Source: Candidatus Xenobia bacterium (lineage in GTDB: Bacteria > Vulcanimicrobiota > Xenobia > Xenobiales > QWHO01). From it: a DNA stretch of 64,000 bases. This document shows, piece by piece, positions 1 through 9,945 of the stretch. Each line of letters begins with the position of its first letter. The first letter of the stretch is position 1. The position numbers and the translations under genes were made by a program. The stretch lies in the NCBI GenBank assembly GCA_045863235.1, contig BTUM01000032.1, positions 15,373-79,372 of the forward strand. The letters run 5' to 3'. A model generated the notes under the pieces. The model worked only from the letters and a program-made list of their open reading frames with translations. It ran no database searches and was not told where the DNA came from.

Positions 1-180
1 AGCGTCCAGACCCCCGTGGGGCGCTCGGCGAAACCGTTCCACCGCCTGGCGTCGATTGATGGGAGGCCCACCCTCGAGCACCAGCACTCTCAGGCCATGG
101 GCCGCCAGTTGCCAGGCGACCAGCGCTCCGGCAACCCCCGATCCCACCACGGCAACGTCAGCCTCAAGCACCGGGAGCAT
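1..180 (-). CDS. GMC-family FAD-dependent oxidoreductase large subunit, N-terminal part (runs off the left edge)
   Basis: Manual translation from ATG at 180: MLPVLEADVAVVGSGVAGALVAWQLAAHGLRVLVLEGGP, a GxGxxG Rossmann start typical of GMC/sugar dehydrogenases. Not in the ORF track. Confidence 0.8.
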   Translation of the reverse strand, partial: MLPVLEADVAVVGSGVAGALVAWQLAAHGLRVLVLEGGPPINRRQAVERFRRAPHGGLDA

Positions 181-457
181 CTTCCCAGCGGGGACGCCTG
201 GGCGGGCAGAAGGTGGGCTCGACGCTCCACTCCAGGACCTTCCAGGTGATGTGAGGGTACCAGGCCCGGTAGAGGCTGAGCTCGTCGCTCACTCCGCTAC
301 GCCAGATGGACTCGGCCACCGGCCAATCGAGCCAGGACTCAGGCACCTCCAGCACTCGGGCCGAGTGTCGTCGAAAGGCAGCCAGACCGCTCTGGGCCAG
401 CAGGGGAGGGGAGAGGGCCAGGCCCAACAGTCCGCTCAGGAAATCCCGTCGTCGCAC
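164..457 (-). CDS. Tat-signal small subunit of a membrane-bound FAD sugar/sorbitol-type dehydrogenase
   Basis: GTG start, VRRRDFLSGLLGLAL twin-arginine signal, C-terminal PTFCP...W motif; overlaps the start of the GMC gene. Confidence 0.65.
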   Translation of the reverse strand: MRRRDFLSGLLGLALSPPLLAQSGLAAFRRHSARVLEVPESWLDWPVAESIWRSGVSDELSLYRAWYPHITWKVLEWSVEPTFCPPRRPRWEDAPGA

Positions 458-569
458 GGCAGCCAGCTTCGAGTCGGGAGAGGAGTTTCCCGGCCGCTCA
501 CAAAGATGCGCCCCGCCGCCTGAGGAAGTGTCCCTGGTTGAGCATTCAGCAGTCCGCGAGGGAGTTAAG

Positions 570-1637
570 ATGTATCGCATCGCCGTGATTCCGGGGGATG
601 GAATCGGACCCGAAGTCGTCGAGCAGGGTTTGAGGGTGCTCGAGAGCGCCTCGCGTCAGTTTGGATTCGAAGTCAGCCTGCACCGCTATCCCTTCGGGGC
701 CGACCACTACCTGGCCACGGGCGAGCTGTTGCCTGACCAGAACCTGCAGGAGGTCCGCAACCTGGATGCGGTCTACCTGGGAGCCATCGGCGATCCGCGG
801 GTGGAGCGGGGCGTGCTCGAGCGCGGCATCATCGGTCGTCTGCGCTGGGATCTGGACATGTACGTCAATTTGCGCCCGATCCGTCTCTATTCCGAGCTGG
901 TCTGCCCGCTCAAGGGCAAGCAGCCGCGGGACGTGGACATGGTGGTCGTGCGCGAGAACACCGAAGACGCCTATCTCGGGATGGGGGGCTTCTTCAAAAA
1001 GGGCACCCCTGACGAGGTGGCCACTTGCGAGTGCATCTACACGCGGCGCGGCACCGAGCGGGTGATCCGCTATGCCTTCGAGCTGGCTCGCACTCGCCCG
1101 CGCAAGCACCTGACTCTGGTGGACAAGGCCAACGCCGTGGTGGCACACGACCTGTGGCGCCGTACCTTCGAAGAGGTGGCCCGCGATTTCCCGGACGTGA
1201 CCACGGCCACTGCTTACGTGGATGCTTGCGCCATGTGGATGATCAAGAATCCCGAGTGGCTGGACGTGGTGGTGACCACCAACATGTTCGGAGACATTCT
1301 CACCGATCTGGGTGCGATGATCCAGGGCGGGCTGGGCCTGGCCGCCTCGGCCAACCTCCACCCCGGCCAGGTGAGCCTGTTCGAGCCCATCCACGGCTCA
1401 GCCCCGCGCTACGCGGGACAGGGCAAGGCCAATCCCCTGGCGGCCATCCTGGCCGTGTCCATGATGCTCGACTACCTGGGCGAGAAGAAGGCCGCTCAGA
1501 GCATCGAGGGGGCCGTGGAGAAACTCTTCGCCGAGGGAATTCTGACCGATCTTTCCACCTCCAGCGGCCGTTCCACGGGAGAATACGGTGAGCTGGTGCT
1601 GGGCAAAATGAACGAGACTGCTTCGGTGGGAGGTTAG
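570..1637 (+). CDS. leuB: 3-isopropylmalate/tartrate dehydrogenase family decarboxylating dehydrogenase
   Basis: [44 protein letters not shown] before ATG 570. Substrate not certain. Confidence 0.8.
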   Translation: MYRIAVIPGDGIGPEVVEQGLRVLESASRQFGFEVSLHRYPFGADHYLATGELLPDQNLQEVRNLDAVYLGAIGDPRVERGVLERGIIGRLRWDLDMYVNLRPIRLYSELVCPLKGKQPRDVDMVVVRENTEDAYLGMGGFFKKGTPDEVATCECIYTRRGTERVIRYAFELARTRPRKHLTLVDKANAVVAHDLWRRTFEEVARDFPDVTTATAYVDACAMWMIKNPEWLDVVVTTNMFGDILTDLGAMIQGGLGLAASANLHPGQVSLFEPIHGSAPRYAGQGKANPLAAILAVSMMLDYLGEKKAAQSIEGAVEKLFAEGILTDLSTSSGRSTGEYGELVLGKMNETASVGG

Positions 1638-1667
1638 GTCCTCCAGATTTTAAGGGAGCAAGGATAG

Positions 1668-2579
1668 ATGGCAACAGCAACCGCAAATCAAGTCAAGACG
1701 CTCGCCGTGGTGGGCAGCGGCACGATGGGATCGGGAATCGCACAGATCGCCGCCTCGGCTGGCTTCAAGGTGATCATGAACGACGTCGAGACCAGCTTTC
1801 TCGAGCGCGCCGTGAAGACGATCCAGGGCAGCCTGGAGAAGTTCGTGCAGAAGGGGAAGCTGAGTGAGGAGGATCTGAAGGCCACACTTGACCGCCTCAC
1901 CCACAGCGTCGAGCTCGATCAGGTGGCTCAGGCCGATCTGGTGATCGAGGCCGTGACGGAGAGGATCGAGGTCAAGAACGAGCTTTTCGCTCGCCTGGAC
2001 GCCCTCTGTCCCGCTCACACCTTGCTGGCCACGAACACCTCCTCGCTTTCGGTCACCGAGATGGCTCGGGCCACCAATCGGCCCGACCGGGTAGTGGGGA
2101 TGCACTTTTTCAATCCCCCGGCCCTGATGAAGCTGGTCGAGGTGGTGCGCACTCCGCTGACCTCCGAGGAGTCCTTCAAGACGGCCTGGGAGGTCGCTTT
2201 GAAGTTGGGCAAGTCGCCCGTCGAAGCGCGCGACACCCCGGGCTTCCTCTTCAATCGCCTCATCATTCCCTACCTGAACGAGGCCATGTGGGCTCTGTAT
2301 GAGGGAGTGGGGAGCGTGGAAGACCTGGACGCGGCCATGAAGCTGGGCGGCAACATGCCCATCGGTCCCCTGTCACTGCTCGACCTGATCGGGATCGACG
2401 TGCAACTGCACGCCTGCGAGGGGCTGCTGGCCGAGCTGGGCAATCCCAAATTCGAGCCGTGCCCTTTGAATCGGGCCATGGTGAGGGCCGGTTACCTGGG
2501 ACGCAAAGCCGGCAGAGGCTTTTATGACTACTCCAGCGACCCGCCCCGTGGGATCGACCTGTCGGTTTTCCGCCGTTGA
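1668..2579 (+). CDS. hbd: 3-hydroxybutyryl-CoA dehydrogenase
   Basis: VVGSGTMGSGIA, IEAVTE, TNTSSLS, GMHFFNP, PIGPLSLLDLIG, GRKAGRGFY. Confidence 0.9.
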   Translation: MATATANQVKTLAVVGSGTMGSGIAQIAASAGFKVIMNDVETSFLERAVKTIQGSLEKFVQKGKLSEEDLKATLDRLTHSVELDQVAQADLVIEAVTERIEVKNELFARLDALCPAHTLLATNTSSLSVTEMARATNRPDRVVGMHFFNPPALMKLVEVVRTPLTSEESFKTAWEVALKLGKSPVEARDTPGFLFNRLIIPYLNEAMWALYEGVGSVEDLDAAMKLGGNMPIGPLSLLDLIGIDVQLHACEGLLAELGNPKFEPCPLNRAMVRAGYLGRKAGRGFYDYSSDPPRGIDLSVFRR

Positions 2580-2614
2580 GCCCAGTTCTATAGCGAAGGA
2601 GACGATTACAAGCG

Positions 2615-3412
2615 ATGCGTGGCGTGGATATGAAGTACAAGACCCTGATCCTGTGTTACCAGGATCACCTGGCGGTCATGAGTGTCAACCGACCCGACAA
2701 GCTCAATGCTCTCAACAACCAGGTGCTCGATGAGATGGAGCAGGCTCTGGATGAGATCGAAGCCAATCCCCAGTGGCGCGTCTTGCTCATTTCGGGCGGC
2801 GGCGACAAGGCCTTCGTGGCCGGCGCCGACATCGGCGAGCTGAAGGATCTCAACTCGCGCTCGGGCAAAAAGGCGGCCGAGAAAGGCCAGAAGCTTTTCC
2901 GTCGTCTGGAGAAGTCGCATCTGTTCACGATTGCGGCCATCAACGGCTATGCGCTGGGCGGCGGGCTGGAGCTGGCTCTCGCCTGCGACGTGCGGGTGGC
3001 CGCTGACCACGCCGTGCTGGGTTTGCCCGAGGTGACACTGGGCATCATTCCGGGTTATGGCGGAACCCAGCGCCTCCCCCGGCTGATCGGTCGCGGCCAC
3101 GCGATGATGATGCTGGCCACTGGCACCAAGATCCAGGCTGCCCAGGCCGTCCAGATCGGGCTGATCAACCTGGCGGTTCCTCGTGACCAACTGCTCCAGG
3201 TTTGCCAGAGCATCGCCACCGAGGTCTCCAAGAACGGACCGCTGGCTGTGGCCGCAGCCAAGCGTGCCCTGGACCAGGGGCTCGACACCAGCCTGGATGA
3301 AGGGTTGGCCATCGAGGCCAAGGAGTTTGGAAAACTATGCTCCAGCGCCGATCGAACCGAGGGCATGACGGCTTTTCTAGAAAAGCGTCCCCCCGCATTC
3401 ACTGGACGCTGA
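2615..3412 (+). CDS. crt: Enoyl-CoA hydratase (crotonase)
   Basis: NRPDKLNAL, AFVAGADI, GYALGGGLELALACD, PEVTLGIIPGYGGTQRLPRLIG. Confidence 0.9.
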   Translation: MRGVDMKYKTLILCYQDHLAVMSVNRPDKLNALNNQVLDEMEQALDEIEANPQWRVLLISGGGDKAFVAGADIGELKDLNSRSGKKAAEKGQKLFRRLEKSHLFTIAAINGYALGGGLELALACDVRVAADHAVLGLPEVTLGIIPGYGGTQRLPRLIGRGHAMMMLATGTKIQAAQAVQIGLINLAVPRDQLLQVCQSIATEVSKNGPLAVAAAKRALDQGLDTSLDEGLAIEAKEFGKLCSSADRTEGMTAFLEKRPPAFTGR

Positions 3413-3428
3413 AAAGGAGAAGGACAAA

Positions 3429-4616
3429 ATGGCTCTGTTGGACATCGTGATCGCCGGGGGAGCCCGGACCGCATTCGGCAAGTTTGGAGGCTCCTTCCGC
3501 GATCTGTCGGCCGCCGATCTGGCCCTGGCAGCCAGTCTCGAGGCGCTCAAGCGCAGCCAGGTGCGCGCCGAGGACATCGATCACGTCGTCTTTGGGAACG
3601 TGATTCAGTCCAGCGGCGACGCTGCGTACCTGGCCCGCCACGTGGGCCTGCGCGCGGGGGTGCCGATTCCGGTGCCAGCGATGGTGGTCAACCGCCTGTG
3701 CGCTTCCGGCTTCCAGGCCATCGTGACCGGTGCCCAGGAGATCCTGTGCGGCGACGCCGAGGAGGTGCTCGTCGGTGGGGTGGAGTCCATGAGCCAGGCG
3801 CCCCACGTCGTGCGGGGCGCCCGCTGGGGAATCCCCCTGGGCCAGAGCAGCATGGGAGATGCTCTCTGGGACGCCCTGACCGATACCTATTGCGGCTGCA
3901 GCATGTCCAACACGGCCGAGAACCTGGCTTCGCAGTACGGGATCACCCGTGAGGAGACGGATGAGTTCGCTCTACGCAGCCAGAAACTGGCCGCCGAGGC
4001 GCAGAGCTCAGGGCGGCTGCAAGAAGAGATCGTGGGGGTGGAGGTGCGCGGCAAGAAAGGCAGCGTGACCGTCGACAAGGATGAGGGGATTCGTGGTGAC
4101 AGCACCCTGGAAGGTCTTGCCAGGCTCAAGCCGGCCTTTCGGGCCGACGGCGTGGTCACTGCCGGAAACGCTTCGGGTATCAATGACGGTGCCGCCGCCC
4201 TGGTCTTGACCAGTGCCGAGTCAGCGAAGAAGCGTGAGATCAAGCCGCTGGGACGATTGCTGGGCTGGTCGGTCAAGGGCGTGATTCCCGATCTGATGGG
4301 AATCGGGCCAGCGCCCGCCGTACGCGATCTCTTGCAGAAGACGGGCAAGTCGCTGCACGAAATCGATCTGATCGAGGTGAACGAGGCTTTTGCCTGCCAG
4401 TATCTGGCCGTTGAGCGCGAGCTCGGGCTGCCCCGCGAAAAGGTCAACGTGAATGGCGGAGCGGTGGCCATCGGCCATCCGTTGGGGGCGTCCGGGGCCC
4501 GTCTCACCCTGACGCTTCTGTACGAGCTACGCCGCCGGGGAGGCAAGCTGGGCATCGCCACCGCCTGCGTGGGCGGTGGGCAGGGGATGGCCCTGCTGGT
4601 CGAGTCGATCCAGTAG
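3429..4616 (+). CDS. Acetyl-CoA C-acetyltransferase (thiolase)
   Basis: NRLCASG, TAGNASGINDGAAA, NEAFA, NGGAVAIGHPLGASG, CVGGGQG. Confidence 0.95.
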   Translation: MALLDIVIAGGARTAFGKFGGSFRDLSAADLALAASLEALKRSQVRAEDIDHVVFGNVIQSSGDAAYLARHVGLRAGVPIPVPAMVVNRLCASGFQAIVTGAQEILCGDAEEVLVGGVESMSQAPHVVRGARWGIPLGQSSMGDALWDALTDTYCGCSMSNTAENLASQYGITREETDEFALRSQKLAAEAQSSGRLQEEIVGVEVRGKKGSVTVDKDEGIRGDSTLEGLARLKPAFRADGVVTAGNASGINDGAAALVLTSAESAKKREIKPLGRLLGWSVKGVIPDLMGIGPAPAVRDLLQKTGKSLHEIDLIEVNEAFACQYLAVERELGLPREKVNVNGGAVAIGHPLGASGARLTLTLLYELRRRGGKLGIATACVGGGQGMALLVESIQ

Positions 4617-4617
4617 C

Positions 4618-5814
4618 TTGCTGAGCGTCTCCCAGGCGCTGGAGCGCATCCTGTCTCAGGTGGTGCCGCTCGAGCCGCGCTCGCACCCTCTGAGCCAGTC
4701 CCTGGGTCTGGTGCTGGCCCAGGAGGTGGTCAGCCGGGAGGCCCATCCCCCGTTTGACAACTCGGCCGTGGATGGCTTCGCCGTGCGTTCTGCCGAGGTC
4801 GCCGCGGGAACCTGGCTCGAGCTCGTCGGCTCGATTCCGGCCGGCTCGGTGCCCGATTTCGAGCTCGGTCCAGGCCAGGCAGCTGCCATTATGACCGGGG
4901 CCATGCTGTGCCCAGGGGCCGACGCCTGCGCCATGGTCGAGGACTCCGAGCGGCAAGGCGGAAGCGTTCGCTTCACGCGGAGCGTGCGACCGGGGGAGAA
5001 TGTGCGCCGGCGGGGCGAGCACCTCCAGCCCGGCCAGGTCGTCTTGAGGCCAGGTCACCGCTTGCGTCCGGCTGATCTGGGCCTGGCGGCCTCCCTGGGC
5101 TATCCTGAGCTGTTGGGCTTTCCCCGGGCTCGAGTGGCCATCGTGTCCACCGGGAGCGAGCTGGTACCCCCGGGTCAGCCCCTGGGACCGGGCCAGATCC
5201 GAGACAGCAACTCTTATGCCCTCGAGGCGCAGGTGCGAGCCTGCGGGGGAGAGCCGGTGCGCCTGGGTCCGGTGGCCGACGACCGGGACGCCCTCGAGCG
5301 CACCCTGCGTCAGGCTCTCGGGCAGGCGGATGTGCTGGTCACCTCGGCCGGGGTTTCGGTGGGGGAGCACGACCACGTTCGCGACCTGATCGCCCAGCTG
5401 GGCGGAGAGTTGAGCTTCTGGCGGATCAAGATGCGCCCGGGAAAGCCCCTGGCCTTCGGGCTGGCCGGCTCCACTCCCATGTTCGGCCTGCCCGGCAATC
5501 CGGTGTCTTCCATGGTGACCTTCGAGCTGTTCGTGCGGCCTGCCCTGGAGCTGATGATGGGGCGCTCTCCTCAGGAGGGCCGCAAACAGACTGCGCGCCT
5601 GGCTCACGAGGTCACCAAGAAGCCTGGTCTGACAACTTTCCTTCGTTGCCGGCTGGAATCGACCGGGGCCGCTTTCCTGGCCACGGCCACGGGCGATCAG
5701 GGCTCGCATATCTTGCGCTCGATGGTCGAGGCCGATGCTCTGGCGGTGTTACCCGAGGAGCTCGAGCGGCTGGAGGCCGGTCACGAGGTTGAGGTGCTCC
5801 CCCTTCATTCGTGA
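4618..5814 (+). CDS. moeA: Molybdopterin molybdotransferase MoeA
   Basis: PPFDNSAVDGFA, IMTGA, STGSEL, DSNS, GVSVGEHD, RPGKP, GLPGNPVS; TTG start inferred. Confidence 0.9.
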   Translation: MLSVSQALERILSQVVPLEPRSHPLSQSLGLVLAQEVVSREAHPPFDNSAVDGFAVRSAEVAAGTWLELVGSIPAGSVPDFELGPGQAAAIMTGAMLCPGADACAMVEDSERQGGSVRFTRSVRPGENVRRRGEHLQPGQVVLRPGHRLRPADLGLAASLGYPELLGFPRARVAIVSTGSELVPPGQPLGPGQIRDSNSYALEAQVRACGGEPVRLGPVADDRDALERTLRQALGQADVLVTSAGVSVGEHDHVRDLIAQLGGELSFWRIKMRPGKPLAFGLAGSTPMFGLPGNPVSSMVTFELFVRPALELMMGRSPQEGRKQTARLAHEVTKKPGLTTFLRCRLESTGAAFLATATGDQGSHILRSMVEADALAVLPEELERLEAGHEVEVLPLHS

Positions 5815-5882
5815 GGCAGGGCCAGCAAAGTTGCTGTTCTCGGCCCGACCTCCGGGGAGGACGACTCGCTTGGAGTCAGGGA

Positions 5883-6674
5883 TCAGTCGTCCCTTTTCCA
5901 CCGCTCGGCTTCCAGGCCAGTGCCTTCCGTGGTGTTGGTGCTCGCGCCGACGTGGGCGCCAAAGGTCTCCCGATAGAAGGTGCCAGTGATGTGAGCCTGG
6001 ACCAGCATTCCGTAAGTGCACAGAACTCCCCCGAAGAAGAGGCCCAGGATGCCGATCAGGGGGAGGTTGCTGAGAATATTCAGCGGGATGGAGCACACCG
6101 TTCCGATGGCCATGTTGACCAGTACCACGACCGCGTAAGGCTGGAGGTTGGACGTGATCTTCTCGAAGATGTTTCCGACCGCAAAGCCAGAGCCGAGCTC
6201 GTCAGTGGTGGCATAGTTGAGGATGGCCATGGGCAAGATGAAATAGATCGCCAGTCCGACCAGGCCTGCAAGAATCGACCCCAGAATGAACCAGATGCCG
6301 ACGCTGGAGGAGCCATCGGCGGCCCGTGTACCCAGGAGAGAGATGAGCGACCCGCCGATCGTAAACACGGTGATCAGGAACGGAATCGCGTAATAGCCGA
6401 TGAAGATGATCAGGGCCATCAGACCGAAGCGGAAGTGATCGGCGATCAGCTCCCATTCGGGCAACTCGTCTTCCTCGCCCTTGATGACTTTGCGCAGGGC
6501 TGAGATGCCATAGCCGCCCAGGACAACAAATGGGATGGCCAGCAAGAGAATGCCGGGGAAGAAACACGCTCCCCCAAGTGCAAGCTTTTTCTTCGCGTCC
6601 GGGTCGTTGAGCGGATACCGGAACGAGGTTGCAAGGTCGAGGGCCACGTCCACTCCTCTCGGGAGCCAGAACAC
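5883..6674 (-). CDS. DUF4013-like membrane protein
   Basis: Four hydrophobic segments and the GY...LPEW...G motif; true start probably a GTG near 6647-6653. Confidence 0.65.
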   Translation of the reverse strand: MFWLPRGVDVALDLATSFRYPLNDPDAKKKLALGGACFFPGILLLAIPFVVLGGYGISALRKVIKGEEDELPEWELIADHFRFGLMALIIFIGYYAIPFLITVFTIGGSLISLLGTRAADGSSSVGIWFILGSILAGLVGLAIYFILPMAILNYATTDELGSGFAVGNIFEKITSNLQPYAVVVLVNMAIGTVCSIPLNILSNLPLIGILGLFFGGVLCTYGMLVQAHITGTFYRETFGAHVGASTNTTEGTGLEAERWKRDD

Positions 6675-6851
6675 TCCCGTTCTTCAAGGGATAGGAACAC
6701 CAGTTTACCGTTTTGTTAGGTTCGGGCTGGCAGGGGTCGATCCTGCTGCGAAGGGAAGCCCCCCGCCGGGTCGAAGCACTCCAGGACCGCATGCTGTGTA
6801 GCCCGGGGGGCTCACGGTTTCGGCTGAAAATGGTTCAAGAGGAGGTCCGCT

Positions 6852-7031
6852 ATGCCCGGACCGTGGGAATGGGTCTTGATCTTTTTTATCGCGCTCTTGC
6901 TGCTAGGGCCGGGAATTTTCATGCGAGCCGGTGGCTCGCTCGGCTCTGGTGTGGGCGCCTTCAAGCGAGCCCTGAAAGAGGGTGAGCAGAAAGCATCAGG
7001 CCAGAGCCAGAACGAGCCGCCCGCCTCCTGA
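6852..7031 (+). CDS. TatA/TatB-family translocase subunit (59 aa, missing from the ORF track)
   Basis: GAGGAGG SD; MPGPWEWVLIFFIALLLLGPGIFMRAGGSLGSGVGAFKRALKE (TM segment plus amphipathic helix); ends 7 nt before tatC. Confidence 0.8.
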   Translation: MPGPWEWVLIFFIALLLLGPGIFMRAGGSLGSGVGAFKRALKEGEQKASGQSQNEPPAS

Positions 7032-7038
7032 CCCCCGG

Positions 7039-7770
7039 ATGGAAGAGTCCCTGGTCGACGAGACCCCTCACGACCGGCCGATGAGCCTGGTCGATCACCT
7101 TTCGGAGCTGCGCTCGCGTATCTTCTGGTCGCTGCTGGCCTGGGTAGTGGCCTCCACGATCTGCTATTTCTACACTCCGACCCTTCTCTCGCTGGTGCGT
7201 CCCTTGCTCGGCCCCAAGGCAGAACTGATTTTCACGGGCCCGACCGAGGCTTTCTTTGCTTACCTGAAGCTGGCGATGGTGGCTGGCCTCTTCATCGCCG
7301 CCCCCGTCATCCTGTATAACGTGGCCATGTTCGTGCTGCCGGGACTGACCGTGCGCGAACGCCGTTGGCTGATCTCCATGCTGCCGATGTCGATCGTCTT
7401 GTTCGTGGTAGGCGGGGTCTTTGCATACTACGTCGTGCTCCCCACCACGATGGGGTTCTTCATGTCCTATGCCACTCCGGATCTGAAGGCCCAGATTCGA
7501 ATCGATGAGTTCATGGGGTTCGTGACCGGACTTTTGCTGATTTGCGGACTGATGTTCCAACTACCACTGGTCTTGTTGTTTCTGGCCAATCTGGGATTGG
7601 TCAGTTCGCGGGGCCTCTCGCGCCAGCGCCGACTGGCCGTCTTCATCGCGTTTCTGGTGGCCGCCCTGGCCACACCCACGCCCGACGCGATGACCTGCAC
7701 GGTGGTCGCCCTGCCCATCTATCTGCTGTTCGAGTTCAGCCTCATCTTGATGAGGATCACCGGAAAGTGA
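7039..7770 (+). CDS. tatC: Twin-arginine translocase TatC
   Basis: MSLVDHLSELRSR, PTEAFFAYLK, PGLT..E, FQLP, TPTPD. Confidence 0.95.
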   Translation: MEESLVDETPHDRPMSLVDHLSELRSRIFWSLLAWVVASTICYFYTPTLLSLVRPLLGPKAELIFTGPTEAFFAYLKLAMVAGLFIAAPVILYNVAMFVLPGLTVRERRWLISMLPMSIVLFVVGGVFAYYVVLPTTMGFFMSYATPDLKAQIRIDEFMGFVTGLLLICGLMFQLPLVLLFLANLGLVSSRGLSRQRRLAVFIAFLVAALATPTPDAMTCTVVALPIYLLFEFSLILMRITGK

Positions 7771-7865
7771 CCCGGTTGCGCACCTTCTGGGAGGGGCGTA
7801 TACTGGGCGTGGAACAGAGACATCTCTCGTGCTCGCAGCACGAAGCATAGAAGGAGCCAAAACAC

Positions 7866-8093
7866 GTGGAGAACCTGGTTTTTGCCTGGGCCCTGGGCCC
7901 GATGGAGCTGGTACTGTTGCTGGTGGCTGCGCTGATCATCTTTGGCCCTCGTCGTCTGCCGGAGATCGGCAAGGCTGCCGGGGAAGCCATCCACGGCTTC
8001 AAGAACGCCAGCATGGCCCCCCCACCTCCCCCGGCTCAATCGGTCAACGGCCCGTCAGCGGGTCAACCGCCCGAGGAAGTCACCCGAGTATAG
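7866..8093 (+). CDS. tatA: Twin-arginine translocase TatA
   Basis: [37 protein letters not shown]. Confidence 0.9.
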   Translation: MENLVFAWALGPMELVLLLVAALIIFGPRRLPEIGKAAGEAIHGFKNASMAPPPPPAQSVNGPSAGQPPEEVTRV

Positions 8094-8160
8094 CCCCCCC
8101 TGCGGGAACGCTGTATCCTCGCTCCCTCTGGCAGTTTAGACCCTGCATCAAAGAGTCCGC

Positions 8161-8811
8161 TCAGCGAGCCGGACGCTCGTCTTCCCGGCTCAGAGGGCCT
8201 GTGAGGTGGTAGGCCAGAATGGCCAGTTCGTGGGTCATGTCCACGTTGCGTACGACCACGTCGGGATGCCCAAGATTTGAACCGGTGAAATTCAGCAGCG
8301 CTTCCACGCCCGAATCGATCAGCAGCTTGGCCACCGTGCGGGCTCCCGAGGGCGGCACTGCCAGGATGCCCAGTTTCAAACCCAGCGGGCAGGGGAGGTC
8401 AGCTATGTCTCGGATGGTGACTCCGTGCAGGCGTTTGCCGATCTTTTCGGGAGCCTGATCGTAGATTCGAACAATGCGAAAGCCCCAGCGGGAGAAGCCA
8501 GGGAAGTTGGCCAGAGCTGAACCAAGGTTCCCGGCCCCCACGAGCACGACGTCATGGTCCTGATCGAGCTGCATGATGGCAGCGATGCGGTCGAGCAGAT
8601 CGGCCACCGGGTAGCCCAGGCCCTGAATTCCAAATTCGCCGAAGTGGGACAGGTCCTTGCGAAATTGAGAGGCCTTCACACCGGCCAGGGACGCCAGTTC
8701 TTCACTGGAGACGATCTCCTGGTCGGCCTCTTGGAGCTCGACCAGGCATCGGAAGTAGCTCGGCAGTCTCGCGATGGTAGGTTCAGGTATCTTGTCACGC
8801 CTCTCTGACAT
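8161..8811 (-). CDS. rex: Redox-sensing transcriptional repressor Rex
   Basis: IPEPTIARLPSYFR, RKDLSHFGEFG..GLGY, VGAGNLGSAL, LNF. Confidence 0.95.
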   Translation of the reverse strand: MSERRDKIPEPTIARLPSYFRCLVELQEADQEIVSSEELASLAGVKASQFRKDLSHFGEFGIQGLGYPVADLLDRIAAIMQLDQDHDVVLVGAGNLGSALANFPGFSRWGFRIVRIYDQAPEKIGKRLHGVTIRDIADLPCPLGLKLGILAVPPSGARTVAKLLIDSGVEALLNFTGSNLGHPDVVVRNVDMTHELAILAYHLTGPLSREDERPAR

Positions 8812-8828
8812 GGACCAGGGGCCATTCC

Positions 8829-9695
8829 TCAAGAGGCAGCCTTTACCTCTGCCCGCAGGCGGGCAGCCTCGACAACTTGCCAGAGGAGCAGAGCCGTGGT
8901 CACCGGGCCCAGGCCCTCCTTCGGGGGCGAGAGGGCCGAAGCCACCAGGTTCACCCCGGCTTGCTCCACGTCTCCCACGACCTGACCGTCGGGTCCCAGG
9001 TTCGTGCCCACGTCCAGGACCACGGCTCCGGGAGTAACCATCGATGCGGTGACCAGTTCGGGCTTGCCGGCTGCCACGATGAGGATCTCAGCTTGCCTGG
9101 TCTCATAGGCCAGATCGCGAGTTCGCGAGTGGCACAGGGTTACCGTCGCGTCCTCGGCCAGCATGAGCAGAGCGAGGGGCTTTCCGACCACCAGGCTTCG
9201 TCCCACGATCACGACACGTTTACCGGCGATGGGAATCTCGTAGTGATGGAGCAGTTCGACGCAAGCGGCAGCGGTGGCTGGAACGAAGAGCGGGTTGCCG
9301 GCCAGCAGGCGACCCAGATTGACCGGGTGCAGACCATCCACGTCCTTCTCGGGGGGAACGCGAAGATTGAGATGGAGAGAAGAATACTCTTCACTGACCG
9401 GAGCCTCCACGATGATGGCGTGAACCTTCGGGTTCTCAGCCAGCTCGCGGAGGTGCTCGACCAGCTCGCGTCCGGAGCCTGAAGCGGGCAGGGTGAGGAG
9501 CTGGGTCTGAATGCCTGACTGGGCGCAGGCTATCTCTTTGGCCCTGGCACGGAGGGCCGCGGATGGGTCGCTGGTTGCGTCGACAATCGCCAGGGTGGGC
9601 ACGATTTCAATGGAGGTCAGGGCAGCAACCTGCTGTTCGATGTTGCGGTGCAGGCGCTCCACGACCGGTTGCCCTTTGAGAATCCGTGCGGCCAT
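8829..9695 (-). CDS. folD: FolD-family methylene-THF dehydrogenase/cyclohydrolase, divergent
   Basis: KDVDGLHP, GRSLVVGKP, DVGTN retained; cyclohydrolase-side motifs altered (see findings). Confidence 0.8.
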   Translation of the reverse strand: MAARILKGQPVVERLHRNIEQQVAALTSIEIVPTLAIVDATSDPSAALRARAKEIACAQSGIQTQLLTLPASGSGRELVEHLRELAENPKVHAIIVEAPVSEEYSSLHLNLRVPPEKDVDGLHPVNLGRLLAGNPLFVPATAAACVELLHHYEIPIAGKRVVIVGRSLVVGKPLALLMLAEDATVTLCHSRTRDLAYETRQAEILIVAAGKPELVTASMVTPGAVVLDVGTNLGPDGQVVGDVEQAGVNLVASALSPPKEGLGPVTTALLLWQVVEAARLRAEVKAAS

Positions 9696-9945
9696 GCAAC
9701 CCTCTTTCGTTTTGAAATTTTCTTCGCCTTCCAGATCTTTCAAGTTGGGTTGAACGTTCCTCCCCGAGAAAAAATCGCCTGGTTAAGCCATTCATGTCGT
9801 TCGGTCAGGGTCCAAAAAATCTTGAAAAAAGTGCCGATCTTAGAAGGAGGAGGGGCTCGATTCAGGGAAATCCTTCAACGCGGTCAAACGGATTTTCGGG
9901 TCTTCGGGCGCGCCTGGGGACCCCCAACGCAGTGGAGGTGAAACA

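Noticed and set aside
6713..6985. 90-aa ORF upstream of tatC in the ORF track
   Set aside because: The overlapping frame 6852-7031 has the SD and the TatA-like sequence.
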